This document shows, in pieces, positions 28,997 through 38,544 of a stretch of 59,284 bases of DNA. The DNA comes from an uncultured virus (IMG/VR IMGVR_UViG_3300042291_002144) (lineage: Duplodnaviria > Heunggongvirae > Uroviricota > Caudoviricetes). The notes under the pieces are model-generated. The model was not told the DNA's origin. It was given only the letters and a program-made list of their open reading frames with translations, and searched no databases. The DNA is taken from the IMG/VR virus record IMGVR_UViG_3300042291_002144. The stretch is one strand, 5' to 3'. The position numbers were made by a program, and so were the translations under genes. Position 1 is the first letter of the stretch. The number at the start of each line of letters is the position of its first letter.

Positions 28997-29010
28997 ATAA
29001 TTAAATTTTT

Positions 29011-29934
29011 TTAGAAACGAGTGATTGAAAGTATTGGAGCACCATCGGCTGATGCTATTTCTAAATCTTTAACTAACGTCAAATAGTAAGGCGCAACTGC
29101 TCCGCCAGTTTCAGTGTCCATTTTAAATAGTCCAATACTATAGTTATTTTCAGAATCTAACCATCCTGCATCTACATATACTACACCTTTGTGTTCAATT
29201 GCTCCAAATACAGTATCAATTGAAACAATATTTGGTTCACTTGGTGAGGGAACTAATATATTGCTATAGGTAAACGTACCTGTCTCAATATCAAATGGAC
29301 CAGTAATAAAACCTGATGAAATATCATTTGCCGCAATCGCCCAAGTAGCTTCGTCATAGATGAATAAATTCCTAAGCGTATATCCTGCTTCCTCTGGATC
29401 TACTTCTGAAACTTGAGTTGCAGTCGCAACGTTTGGTAAAAGTGGGTCTAACTCGATTCGAACAATACTGCTAACTGCTTTTTTAAAGAAGTTATCCAAG
29501 TAGATAAATTTTCCGTCCCCTTCATAATAGAGAGAAGAGGCACCTTTTACAGTATAATCTGAAATATTATTCTCAATAATTGTAAAGTTTCGTGTAGTGC
29601 GATCAATTCTTATAAAGTAAATTTCACCAGCAAAATCAACTATTGCATATAGAAATCCATCGTCTGTGTTCAAGGTGATTTGTGTAATCTCAGGAAATGA
29701 CTCATAATTAAACGACCAAACATTCTCGCCTCTGCTTAAGCTATATATAAGACCATCTTGACCTACTCCATATAAACCATTTAACTGATCTAGACTTCCA
29801 CCAGCTACTCCAGCAACTGCACTTGATGATCTAGCATAAGCCATCATCGCTTGTTCAAATAGCTCACGCTCTTCAAATCTTTTTCTAGATTCTCTTTGTT
29901 CAGGAGTTTCATGTCCCCAATTAATATATGACAT
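29011..29934 (-). CDS. Hypothetical beta-rich (propeller-like) late protein
   Basis: 307 aa, helical N-terminus, Ala/Gly linker, repeated beta-strand motifs (GFLYAI, IRID..T). Confidence 0.7.
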   Translation of the reverse strand: MSYINWGHETPEQRESRKRFEERELFEQAMMAYARSSSAVAGVAGGSLDQLNGLYGVGQDGLIYSLSRGENVWSFNYESFPEITQITLNTDDGFLYAIVDFAGEIYFIRIDRTTRNFTIIENNISDYTVKGASSLYYEGDGKFIYLDNFFKKAVSSIVRIELDPLLPNVATATQVSEVDPEEAGYTLRNLFIYDEATWAIAANDISSGFITGPFDIETGTFTYSNILVPSPSEPNIVSIDTVFGAIEHKGVVYVDAGWLDSENNYSIGLFKMDTETGGAVAPYYLTLVKDLEIASADGAPILSITRF

Positions 29935-29944
29935 AGTATTTTAA

Positions 29945-30313
29945 TTATTTTAAAGTTAATAAATATTTAAGTTTATTAATAGCACTTAGCATCTCATCTC
30001 TAAGATTTAATAGATCGCTATCTTGGTTACTATCTAGCTTATGGTTTAAAGATAATAAGAATTCAGTAATAGTCCCTAAGAATTCCTCTATATTAACTTC
30101 TCCAATATTTCCTAATAAGATAGCATCATGTTCTCCTTCTAGTGCAACTCTTCCGTATTTACCCATGTATGTTTCCATAAATTCATCAGATAAGTCACTT
30201 AGAGTATCGTATATTCCACCGTATGCAATATGTTTAGCATACGACTGAGTCTGCCAATGGAATACTTTAAATTGGGATTGTATTCCTAAAAATGTTGACA
30301 TTAAACTTGTCAT
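29945..30313 (-). CDS. Ferritin/Dps-like four-helix bundle protein (DUF5856-like)
   Basis: FHWQT.SYAKH.A...Y..L....DEF.E.Y.GKYGR and NLRDEML....KLKYLLTL. ATG at 30313 preferred since the late motif lies just upstream. Confidence 0.8.
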   Translation of the reverse strand: MTSLMSTFLGIQSQFKVFHWQTQSYAKHIAYGGIYDTLSDLSDEFMETYMGKYGRVALEGEHDAILLGNIGEVNIEEFLGTITEFLLSLNHKLDSNQDSDLLNLRDEMLSAINKLKYLLTLK

Positions 30314-30323
30314 AATTATAAGT

Positions 30324-30338
30324 TTTTTATTATTTATC
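30324..30338 (-). promoter_or_regulatory. Putative late promoter GATAAATAATAAAAA
   Basis: Exact motif copy between the MCP terminator and the Dps-like ATG. Confidence 0.65.
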
Positions 30339-30347
30339 TCCCTAAAC

Positions 30348-30375
30348 AAAAAAGAGGACTCTTTCGAATCCTCTT
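30348..30375 (-). terminator. Intrinsic terminator after major capsid gene
   Basis: Minus strand AAGAGGATTC-GAAA-GAGTCCTCTT-TTTT, with a GNRA loop. Confidence 0.85.
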
Positions 30376-30393
30376 AATATATTTAATCAATTA

Positions 30394-32031
30394 TTAGATT
30401 GATATTTGTGCAGTAGAACCTGTAAGAACTCCAATAGCTGCTGGATCAATTTCCATATTCAAGTATTGAGTTTCAGGGTGCCATCCTGCTTCAGTAATCG
30501 CGTATCTTGATTTCATACCGATTTTTGGAGAGAATGTACCTTCAGAGATAGTCTGTAAAGACTCAGCCATGATGTATGGCATGAATTTTACTCCTGGCTC
30601 TTCGTCAGCTCCTTTACGACCAATAGCAAGTCTTGAATCTCCCCAAGATAAGTTAGGGTCAACATAAACTTGTACACCGTAAACTTTACCAGCTGGGTAT
30701 AAGTTACCTGCAACACCAGTCATATCAGTTGGAACTTGTGCAATTGAGTAACCAGCAACGTCAGCTAATGCAGAAGCAATACGACCGTTAGTTACCATGA
30801 AAGTACCAGCTCCGAAACGACCTCTGTGATAGATTAAGTTAGCAAGTTCAAGAACTTTAGTAACTAATCTTCTTTGTAATGTAGAAGTGTTATCAAATCC
30901 ACCAGAAGTTAAGTTAAGAGTAGTAATGTCTGCACCTTCAACTAATGCGATTTCAGCATTATGGTAATCAGCCATTTGGAATACTCTATCAACTAATCTT
31001 TTGTTGATTGATTGAGCTAAATCATTAACTGCAACGTTCTCTAACATAGAGATAACGTCATAATTCCAAACTCTGTTTAAGTCTTGGATTTGCTCAACTG
31101 TTGCAGAAATAGATACTTGATCAGTTTCAGCTTCAACAAATTTAGTGAACATTCTTAATCCCATTTGACGGAATTTAGAGTTTTCACCAGCTTCTCTTTT
31201 CATAGAGTTAACAACACCACCAGTAGTTGGTAAATAAGAACCAGACCAGTTGTCACCAGCGTAAGAATCATCAGAAGATGATGTGAAACCAGAAATATGA
31301 TTTTCTAAAGCAGAAACTAAAGAAACTCCATCAACATCTTTATTTGCAAGTTTACCACCGATCGTTACAGTAAATCCTGTATATTCAGCGTCAGCAGTAG
31401 TTGCACCACCTACAGAAGAATCATTAATAATTTTAATAATTACTGTACCGTCTACACGTGAATAACCAACGAATTCAGCTGTGAAATCACCAGAACCACC
31501 AACAACTGCGTTACCAGATGCAAGATCTCCAACAAAGTTAGTTGATTTAAGACCTTCTAATTTTACCATATATGGATCAAATGCAGAACCGTCAGTTCTA
31601 CCACCTGCATATAAGTAATCTAAGTAAGGTAAGAATCCTACTGGAGAATCCATAGGGATAACTGGAACTAAGTCAAAACCAATTGTTTTAGCAGCAACTT
31701 GAATTGCAACTGGTAACAAAGATGGAAACTTATCTCCTGATCCTGAATCAGCACCACTAGTTTTAGCACCATTGAAGAATGGAGTTTGAGATCCTGTTGG
31801 AGCTACTGGGGTACCCATATAACTTCCTAAAGAACCTGGTGTTTGAAAAAATACACCTGGAGCAGTGTTTTCGAAAAGTGGTGTAGTATTATCAAAGATT
31901 GCGTGGTTGTGAGCATACTCAGCTAACCATGGAGTCTTAGTAATATCAGCACCATGTCCTTCCAAAATTGGCTTCCATGTGTTTGTCAAGCGAGCATCGC
32001 TTGAGCGTCTAAAAATTTTAGTACGTGCCAT
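30394..32031 (-). CDS. gp23: Major capsid protein (T4 gp23-like)
   Basis: W.PILE, DLVPVIPM.SP.G, EQIQDL, L...INK, RGRFGAG.F.V, G.V.GVQVYVDP, FMPYI, FSPKIGMKSRYA. Highly biased codons; followed by a strong terminator. Confidence 0.93.
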   Translation of the reverse strand: MARTKIFRRSSDARLTNTWKPILEGHGADITKTPWLAEYAHNHAIFDNTTPLFENTAPGVFFQTPGSLGSYMGTPVAPTGSQTPFFNGAKTSGADSGSGDKFPSLLPVAIQVAAKTIGFDLVPVIPMDSPVGFLPYLDYLYAGGRTDGSAFDPYMVKLEGLKSTNFVGDLASGNAVVGGSGDFTAEFVGYSRVDGTVIIKIINDSSVGGATTADAEYTGFTVTIGGKLANKDVDGVSLVSALENHISGFTSSSDDSYAGDNWSGSYLPTTGGVVNSMKREAGENSKFRQMGLRMFTKFVEAETDQVSISATVEQIQDLNRVWNYDVISMLENVAVNDLAQSINKRLVDRVFQMADYHNAEIALVEGADITTLNLTSGGFDNTSTLQRRLVTKVLELANLIYHRGRFGAGTFMVTNGRIASALADVAGYSIAQVPTDMTGVAGNLYPAGKVYGVQVYVDPNLSWGDSRLAIGRKGADEEPGVKFMPYIMAESLQTISEGTFSPKIGMKSRYAITEAGWHPETQYLNMEIDPAAIGVLTGSTAQISI

Positions 32032-32060
32032 TTGTTAAAATGATTTTTTTATTTTAATTA

Positions 32061-34031
32061 TTACAATCTAGAATTTGCGCCTCTTAGCATCATTTCTAGG
32101 TAATTTTGAGAGTATCCTCTCTGCATCTCAACAACCTGATTTACAGGTACTAGGCCTTCTGTACTTTGGCTTTCGTTGAGTTGCTTTTGTAATTTTGTAT
32201 TATTCTTTTCGATTTCAATTCTTTCATTGATTCCTCTCATATCCATTTCGTCCCAAAACGCTTTAACTTGATATGGAGTGTTTACTGTATACAATTGAGC
32301 TTTTGCATGAATTTTAGCTTTTTCATTTTCATTCATCTCATTCCAAGTTGGTTTGTATTCAGCTGGCATAAATCTTAAGTAAGTTGGGATATTTTGTTCT
32401 TTATGGTTAACTACTGCTTCCATAATTCCAACAACATCCGCTTCATTAAACCATACTGCTCCGTTTAAAGCTTCAACAATTGCTTGTTTAGTATTCGATT
32501 CTAATGCAAAGAAAGATTTTTTATTGTCTTCTCCAATAACCTTTAAGAAAGGATATTTGTTTTCAAGAACTGCTTTAGAAGATTTATCATTTACTTCAGT
32601 AATTACTTGGTCAACTTTGCTAATTAATGAATCGATTGAATTAGATTCGTCGATTTTACTTACTCCGTTCATAATATTTCTTTTATTTACTGTTGTTCCA
32701 TCAGTTAAAGATTCTGCAATATACTCAGAGTAACCAATTGATTCGCTAAGTTTATTAGCAAGATATTGTGCGTAATCACGGTTTTGATTAACAGATTCAG
32801 CAAGATATTCTGAGAATTCAATTCCACGATTTGCGCCTTCAGCAACATATTCAGTATATTGAATATTTTTATCTAACTCCTCAGCTAAATAATTTTGATA
32901 TTTAATAGATCCGTTTACACTTTCTTTAATGTATTCAGTATAGTTAATCGTTTGATTTACTTTTTCTCCTAAATAATCTTGGTAATTAACTGATTGATTT
33001 AATTTTTCTCCAAGGTAAGAAGAATAATCAATTGCGTTATTTGTAGTTTCTGCTACGTGTTCAGAATAACGAACTGATTCATTTAATTTGTTAGAAAGAT
33101 AATCAGTGTAATTAATTACTCCCTCTAATGATTCTGCTAAATAGTTAACAAAATTAACCAATTCAGATTGATCAGTTCCGTTTTGAGCAGATTCAAGAAT
33201 AGATTTGTGCCCTTTTAATTCTTTCTTAATTCCAGTAAATTGGGTTTTAAGAACTTCTGAGTACTTATCCATTTGTTCTTTTGTTACAAACTCGGCCATT
33301 GTATTATTATTTTTTTGTTCTTGCAAAGTTCCTTGGAATTCTAATCCTGAACTATTTTCTAAATTATTTATCTTATAAACTTTAAAATTATCTGCAAAGT
33401 TTAAACTTTCTGAAATATCCATTAATCCAGCTTTGTGAATATATGAATTTTCTTTCATTGTATTATAACTTTCATTAATCATTGAGAAATCAGTTTTCAA
33501 TGATTCACTAACTGTTTTACGTAAAACTGCTTCAGTAAATCCAGGTTCACCTACTAAATCATAAGTAAAAATTCTTTGTAATTTAACTGTTCCACTTTCA
33601 CTAACTTGACCAGCTGCTCTACTTGAAGTAGATAACTGTACTCCTCCATCAAGCAATGCTTTTGCTAATTTACCGTGTGGTGTATTTTCAAGCAATCTAA
33701 CTTTGATGTATACTTTATTTCCTCCATCATAAGTTAATCCTTCAATAATATGTGAAGCTTCACTTAATTTTGGTTCAAAGTGTTGTGGATGATCTACTGT
33801 TCCTACTAATTGTCTTTTAGCTATCTTATCCTGTAAATAAGAAAGGTGAGGAAGATATTCAGATTTTTCGTAAACTCTTCGGTTGTTATTCATTTCACCG
33901 AATACTGCACAGATTCCTTCAAGAACAGTTCCATTTGAAGAAGACTCCTTTACTTGAAGTTTTTCACCAACGTTCTCAACAATTAATAACCAATCATTGT
34001 TATTAGTTTGTGCTAAATTTTGATTTGTCAA
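32061..34031 (-). CDS. gp21: Prohead protease (gp21-like) fused to prohead core/scaffold domain
   Basis: N-terminal LEGI......N.NRRVY, G.VDHP, SHII, TPHGK, STSSRAAG, TYDLV.EPGF; C-terminal 14-aa helical repeats; TTG start; immediately upstream of the MCP. Confidence 0.9.
   Translation of the reverse strand: MTNQNLAQTNNNDWLLIVENVGEKLQVKESSSNGTVLEGICAVFGEMNNNRRVYEKSEYLPHLSYLQDKIAKRQLVGTVDHPQHFEPKLSEASHIIEGLTYDGGNKVYIKVRLLENTPHGKLAKALLDGGVQLSTSSRAAGQVSESGTVKLQRIFTYDLVGEPGFTEAVLRKTVSESLKTDFSMINESYNTMKENSYIHKAGLMDISESLNFADNFKVYKINNLENSSGLEFQGTLQEQKNNNTMAEFVTKEQMDKYSEVLKTQFTGIKKELKGHKSILESAQNGTDQSELVNFVNYLAESLEGVINYTDYLSNKLNESVRYSEHVAETTNNAIDYSSYLGEKLNQSVNYQDYLGEKVNQTINYTEYIKESVNGSIKYQNYLAEELDKNIQYTEYVAEGANRGIEFSEYLAESVNQNRDYAQYLANKLSESIGYSEYIAESLTDGTTVNKRNIMNGVSKIDESNSIDSLISKVDQVITEVNDKSSKAVLENKYPFLKVIGEDNKKSFFALESNTKQAIVEALNGAVWFNEADVVGIMEAVVNHKEQNIPTYLRFMPAEYKPTWNEMNENEKAKIHAKAQLYTVNTPYQVKAFWDEMDMRGINERIEIEKNNTKLQKQLNESQSTEGLVPVNQVVEMQRGYSQNYLEMMLRGANSRL
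32700..33165 (-). repeat. 14-aa tandem repeat (xxxYxEY(L/I)AExxNx) in scaffold domain
   Basis: About 11 copies: VINYTDYLSNKLNE, SVRYSEHVAETTNN, AIDYSSYLGEKLNQ, SVNYQDYLGEKVNQ, ... SIGYSEYIAESLTD. Confidence 0.85.
33363..33372 (-). promoter_or_regulatory. Putative internal late promoter GATAAATAAT within protease gene
   Basis: Late core motif about 65 nt upstream of the in-frame ATG at 33299 (M245), which has an A-rich leader. Confidence 0.45.
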
Positions 34032-34043
34032 AGCCCAAAATAT

Positions 34044-34057
34044 TTTTTATTATTTAT
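34044..34057 (-). promoter_or_regulatory. Putative late promoter ATAAATAATAAAAA
   Basis: Motif copy upstream of the protease TTG start. Confidence 0.65.
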
Positions 34058-34077
34058 TATGGCTTTATTAAAACTTT

Positions 34078-35076
34078 TTAAGATTTATTTTCGCAATCCA
34101 ATATTAGTGATTTTAATTTAATAGAATCATCTTTGTCTAGTGATTCAATATTAGGTAACATAACGTTAAACTTTACGAAATATTCACCTAATTTATTGGA
34201 TTCATCAAGTAAGCCTTCATTAGGAATTGTGAACTTTAATCGACTTACTGATTGTGGTTGATTGAAATCAACTTCGTATTTTTTATTTACAATTGTCTCT
34301 ACTTTTATTTTTTCACCACTAAATAATACTTTACTTAATGGTATTGGAATAATCTGAATAATTGAATTTCCTTCAATTTGAACATCATCAGGTATTTCTA
34401 ATTCTAGTGTTACATGTAGATCTCCAATTAGTGGGACCTGTTCAATATCTCCCCATATATTTAATTGAGTAGTAACCTCTTCATTTCCTAATTTAGGTAC
34501 TCTTGCAGAAACAGTATATGCTCCTCCATCTTTCTTAATAATAATATATTTCTTTCTTAAGTCAATTGTAATTGCAATATCCCGTTCCTCTACTTCAGTA
34601 TCGTATGATAATAAACTACCGTTTTTTCCAGTATAAGTTATTTTTTGTCTACTGAAATTAAGTTCAATTTTTTTACCTAACATTGCATCAGATAAAGTTA
34701 TCTTATCATTTAAATATATGTTTAGGTGATCTGTGCTTGGCGGTGGTGCATGTTGTCGACCTTGTGATTTTCTTGCATAGTCAGATGACCGTTTTCTAAA
34801 ATCACCAGTTCCAAAGTTATTTACAAAATCTTCAAACCCAAATCCTCCAGTATTAGTCTTAGTTCTATTTGTAAATCTAGACGAGTCATACGTTTTTCGT
34901 TTTTCTTCATCACCAAGTATAGAATATGCATCAGAAACCTTTTTAAACATTTCTTCAGACTCTTTATTTCCTCCATTTTTATCTGGATGATGTTTTATTG
35001 CAAGTTTACGATATGCTTTTTTTATTTGATCTGGGGTTGCTGTATTTTGGACTCCAAGTATTGAATAATGATCCAT
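34078..35076 (-). CDS. dnaJ: DnaJ-like co-chaperone (J domain + C-terminal domain, no zinc finger)
   Basis: DHYSILGV...[18 protein letters not shown] domain, G/F region, GDLHV and C-terminal IPNEGL...GEYFV. Confidence 0.9.
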   Translation of the reverse strand: MDHYSILGVQNTATPDQIKKAYRKLAIKHHPDKNGGNKESEEMFKKVSDAYSILGDEEKRKTYDSSRFTNRTKTNTGGFGFEDFVNNFGTGDFRKRSSDYARKSQGRQHAPPPSTDHLNIYLNDKITLSDAMLGKKIELNFSRQKITYTGKNGSLLSYDTEVEERDIAITIDLRKKYIIIKKDGGAYTVSARVPKLGNEEVTTQLNIWGDIEQVPLIGDLHVTLELEIPDDVQIEGNSIIQIIPIPLSKVLFSGEKIKVETIVNKKYEVDFNQPQSVSRLKFTIPNEGLLDESNKLGEYFVKFNVMLPNIESLDKDDSIKLKSLILDCENKS

Positions 35077-35094
35077 TCGTTAGGTATTTTTTAT

Positions 35095-35138
35095 AAACTT
35101 TATCTTCTTATATTGTATAATAAAAAAAGAAAAGGTTC
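35095..35138. promoter_or_regulatory. Overlapping divergent early/middle promoters
   Basis: Plus strand AAAC-N17-TATAAT (35095-35121); minus strand GAAC-N17-TACAAT (35138-35112); the -10 boxes overlap in ATTGTATAAT. Confidence 0.6.
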
Positions 35139-35141
35139 TAT

Positions 35142-35903
35142 ATGAAAAATACTAAAATTATTGTAAATATTGATTGGCAACACGATAATGGGCTAGATTC
35201 TCTACCTATTCTTACAAATATTGTTAAATCTCTTTCTGAAATAGGAATAACTCATATTTCATTGGATATAGAGAAGAGCTTAGGCTTTACTACTAACATT
35301 TGTGATGAATTTGATGACATATGTAGAGAAAATAATATTTCATGGATTCCAATTATTAAATCTGTGCGATCTCTTAACTTTACTAGGCCATACTATTCTA
35401 AATGGTTTGATGGAAAGTCTGGATACAACATAATTATACCTTCTTCACATAGTAGGGACCTTAGCTTACTTGATATTGCTCAAGAAAGTACTGATCACTT
35501 AATTTTATATACTGGGCTATCTAATCAGGAGCAAATTGACACATCAATTGGAGCTTCAAATCCAGATCTTGTTTTTCATGAAGACTATGGAAATCCTTCT
35601 CTTGATTATCTTCCATATTTACAACATATTTCATCAGAATTTGAAAAAAAGTATATTATTGGCTTTGCTAGTGCTATCTCTAATCAATATGGACTATTGA
35701 TTGCGGCTTCAATACTTGGAGCAAAGGTTTTACAATATACTATTAAAGTAACTGAATTATCTGCTGAATATTATCTGAGGACTCCTGCTGAATTTACACA
35801 ACTTTTACATTTAGTTAATGATCTAGAACAAGTAGATGATTCTAGAGGAGGATATGGTGCCCGAGAGCTATCAAAATTAGAAAAAGCTTATCTTAAATCA
35901 TGA
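35142..35903 (+). CDS. Divergent NeuB/SpsE (sialic-acid synthase)-like TIM-barrel protein
   Basis: C-terminal half follows the NeuB pattern (LILYTGLS..EQI, IIGF, AASILGAKV, TPAEF..L, ELS..EK), but the SDH and EKH motifs are replaced. Confidence 0.5.
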   Translation: MKNTKIIVNIDWQHDNGLDSLPILTNIVKSLSEIGITHISLDIEKSLGFTTNICDEFDDICRENNISWIPIIKSVRSLNFTRPYYSKWFDGKSGYNIIIPSSHSRDLSLLDIAQESTDHLILYTGLSNQEQIDTSIGASNPDLVFHEDYGNPSLDYLPYLQHISSEFEKKYIIGFASAISNQYGLLIAASILGAKVLQYTIKVTELSAEYYLRTPAEFTQLLHLVNDLEQVDDSRGGYGARELSKLEKAYLKS

Positions 35904-36187
35904 AAATAACTCCAAAAAAGATATTACAGTTTATTGAAGGTAATATTAAAATGTTAGGTGATACGTTCCATCTTCTTCCAGAACATGAAAAAGAACAAGT
36001 CATGTATAGACTTCAAATATGTAAAGATGAGTGTGTTCAACTAGGGTATTGCGTATATTGCGGATGCTCTATTCCAGGAAAACTCTATGTAAAAAAATCA
36101 TGTAACCACGGAGATCGATTTCCAAATATTATGCCTAAACCTGACTGGGAAGATTTTAAAAAATTAAATAATATTATACTGGAATAG
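35900..36187 (+). CDS. Small Cys-rich protein
   Basis: C...C....C..CGC.......K.C; likely metal-binding. Confidence 0.72.
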   Translation: MKITPKKILQFIEGNIKMLGDTFHLLPEHEKEQVMYRLQICKDECVQLGYCVYCGCSIPGKLYVKKSCNHGDRFPNIMPKPDWEDFKKLNNIILE

Positions 36188-36758
36188 TACTAAGTAAAGT
36201 ATCTAATGTTTTAATTGTATCTCCTACAATTAAAACAGGTTGAGGTAATTCAAATAATATCATTGTTGCTGCTTTAATTAATTTTATTAAATTAGTAGCA
36301 AGCGCATTTAATATTGCTGATAATACACTCTTAGTTTGTGCAGCTATTGATAATGCATAAATCGGATTCGGCCCAACTGGTCCAATCGCAGGCGGAAGTG
36401 CAATTGCAGCAATGGCAGCTGCCACATCCTTAGGGATTTGCTTAACCTGTACCTTGATCTCTTTCCAAACAGATTTTATTTCATTAATTGCGTCATTCAC
36501 CATTTTTTTAATGGCCTCTTTATACTTATCAATATACTCTTTAATCTTATCTTTAAGCATTTGTTTTGCTTCTTCCTTAGTTATTCTATCTCTATTTAGG
36601 AGCTCATCTATCTCTTTTTCAATTGCTTCCTTTTTAGCTTTAATTGCTTCTGCTTTTTCTACAATCTTTTCGATAATTTTATCTAAGTCTAATCCAGGTA
36701 ACCCTGTTCCCATGTCTCCTAGGGCTGCCATTAATGCTATTTGCGGTTCTAATGCCAT
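36174..36758 (-). CDS. Hypothetical protein of baseplate operon
   Basis: 194 aa, charged coiled coil plus hydrophobic C-terminus, directly downstream of the spike gene. Confidence 0.72.
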   Translation of the reverse strand: MALEPQIALMAALGDMGTGLPGLDLDKIIEKIVEKAEAIKAKKEAIEKEIDELLNRDRITKEEAKQMLKDKIKEYIDKYKEAIKKMVNDAINEIKSVWKEIKVQVKQIPKDVAAAIAAIALPPAIGPVGPNPIYALSIAAQTKSVLSAILNALATNLIKLIKAATMILFELPQPVLIVGDTIKTLDTLLSTIPV

Positions 36759-36773
36759 ATTAATTTAATTATT

Positions 36774-37448
36774 TTATTTGGTTTTTGATGTCATACTTAA
36801 TTCAGAAGTAGTCATCAATGTTGCCGGCGGTCCGACTGGCCCAGTATGAGTATGCGCATTAAATAGAGCCATAAATGCTTCACCTTTTATTAGTGATTGA
36901 GTTGCACCAGCACCTAATTCTATGTGAGGCGCATCAACAACAACCTTTCCAGTATCTTTACCATCTCCTACTTTAATTGTAATTAATTCATTTTTTAAAT
37001 TAATCGATGCATCCTTTACTACTAGAGTTAAGCCTTTAGTTGCACTAAACCATACCTTTAATTCTTGATCTCCATCAAAAAGAACAAAATGACTTCCTTC
37101 ATACTCAGTATTAAGTTCATCTTTTACATCTTGTGCCAATTCATGAATTGCAAAATATTCAGGCGAATATGAATTACCATTATCAAATTTAACCGCAACA
37201 ATACTTCCAACTTTAGGTATAGAAATAGAACCTGCTCTACCTTCTTTGCCAAAGACCATTCCTTTATTTTTAGGATATGCCCATGGTATATCTCCAGTAG
37301 GTATTTCATCATGTAATACAGCAACTCTTACCCTAGCTCTACCTTCTCGTCTAGGATCATTGATATCTTCAATTACACCTAAGAATTGCTTATCAATTAA
37401 ATCATTGATGTCTCTATTGGATATGTCGTGATTTCTATCTGGTGTCAT
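36774..37448 (-). CDS. Baseplate central spike (gp5 N-terminal OB-fold / gpV-like)
   Basis: FLGVIEDINDP...GRARVRV, IPWA, IPKVGS.V.V.F..G and C-terminal FNAHTH metal-binding apex motif. Confidence 0.88.
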   Translation of the reverse strand: MTPDRNHDISNRDINDLIDKQFLGVIEDINDPRREGRARVRVAVLHDEIPTGDIPWAYPKNKGMVFGKEGRAGSISIPKVGSIVAVKFDNGNSYSPEYFAIHELAQDVKDELNTEYEGSHFVLFDGDQELKVWFSATKGLTLVVKDASINLKNELITIKVGDGKDTGKVVVDAPHIELGAGATQSLIKGEAFMALFNAHTHTGPVGPPATLMTTSELSMTSKTK

Positions 37449-37458
37449 ACTTTAAATA

Positions 37459-38544
37459 TTAATATATTTTACCTAAATATGGATATCTGGTTTCAGTAAA
37501 TGCTGCATTTAATGCTGGATTAATAAGTCCGCCGATTGATTTTAATTTATCTGATCCTTTTTGTAATCCATTATTTATTCCTTCTCCAATTTTACCTGGT
37601 AAAAATGATGCTCCTTCTACCATATTTTGAGCTTTTGCTGCAGTATTCATTGCACTCCATGGGTTTCTTCTAGCTGTATTTGTCGATGAATCGCTTAATT
37701 CTCCATCATCGTGGTATTTACTCTCTTCTTCAAAATAACCTACGTTAATTTTAAATTTACCTGAATTAGGCTCTTTTCTTGGCGAAACACCTAGTGATTG
37801 TCCACCTACAAACGAGTCTGAAAAATCAAATTCGCACTGTCTACATTTAAATTTAATATATCCAAACTGATTCATTGGGCTTGCCAAGTCTAGACTTGGA
37901 TCTAGTGTACCTAGAGCAGATGTTATTCCAGTTGCAACTCTATTTATAGATTGAGTATTAATTCCCATTGCACTTGTCATATTACCATATGAACCTTGAA
38001 CCTCATATCGAATATTTCTAGCTTCAGCTATATAAATGTCTAGTGCAAACCATCTTAAATTATCTGGAACTCGCGTTCGCATACTCTGCTTATCATAAAT
38101 TGATGTTCTATATAAATTAGCTAATTCAGTTATTCGTAAATCAATTGCCTCCAATGTATTAATCGTGATTACTGCACCCTTTGACTTATTTCCACCTTCC
38201 ATATTAGTTGCACCTTTCCATAAAGTCTCAAGTCCAGTGATCTCTTGAAAATACCATGGTGCATTAAAAGTAAGATATTCTAAAATCGATTTAAATTTTA
38301 CTAAATTTTGTTCTTTATCTTTATGCCCAATTGATCCTAAATAAGTTTGTGCGCTATACGTATTGTCCTTACCTCCTTTTTCAAAAAGAGGGCTTGCCCA
38401 TAGTATATCCCTAACCGCTGAATTAGATCCTTCAAATCTAAAGTCTAGTGCAAAACTTAGATATGTTGGTTGATCATATCCATCCATAAGATAACCTTTT
38501 CTAAAAGAGTCAGTTTTTGCTCTTATTCCATAAAAATTATGCAT
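37459..38544 (-). CDS. Putative baseplate/tube-like structural protein
   Basis: 361 aa inside the baseplate operon; PWYFQ.I.GL, ITI.TLE..DLR. Confidence 0.6.
   Translation of the reverse strand: MHNFYGIRAKTDSFRKGYLMDGYDQPTYLSFALDFRFEGSNSAVRDILWASPLFEKGGKDNTYSAQTYLGSIGHKDKEQNLVKFKSILEYLTFNAPWYFQEITGLETLWKGATNMEGGNKSKGAVITINTLEAIDLRITELANLYRTSIYDKQSMRTRVPDNLRWFALDIYIAEARNIRYEVQGSYGNMTSAMGINTQSINRVATGITSALGTLDPSLDLASPMNQFGYIKFKCRQCEFDFSDSFVGGQSLGVSPRKEPNSGKFKINVGYFEEESKYHDDGELSDSSTNTARRNPWSAMNTAAKAQNMVEGASFLPGKIGEGINNGLQKGSDKLKSIGGLINPALNAAFTETRYPYLGKIY

Noticed and set aside
30314..30349. N-terminal extension MFREINNKKLII of the Dps-like ORF
   Set aside because: It is the translation of the promoter motif region; the true start is more likely the ATG at 30313.
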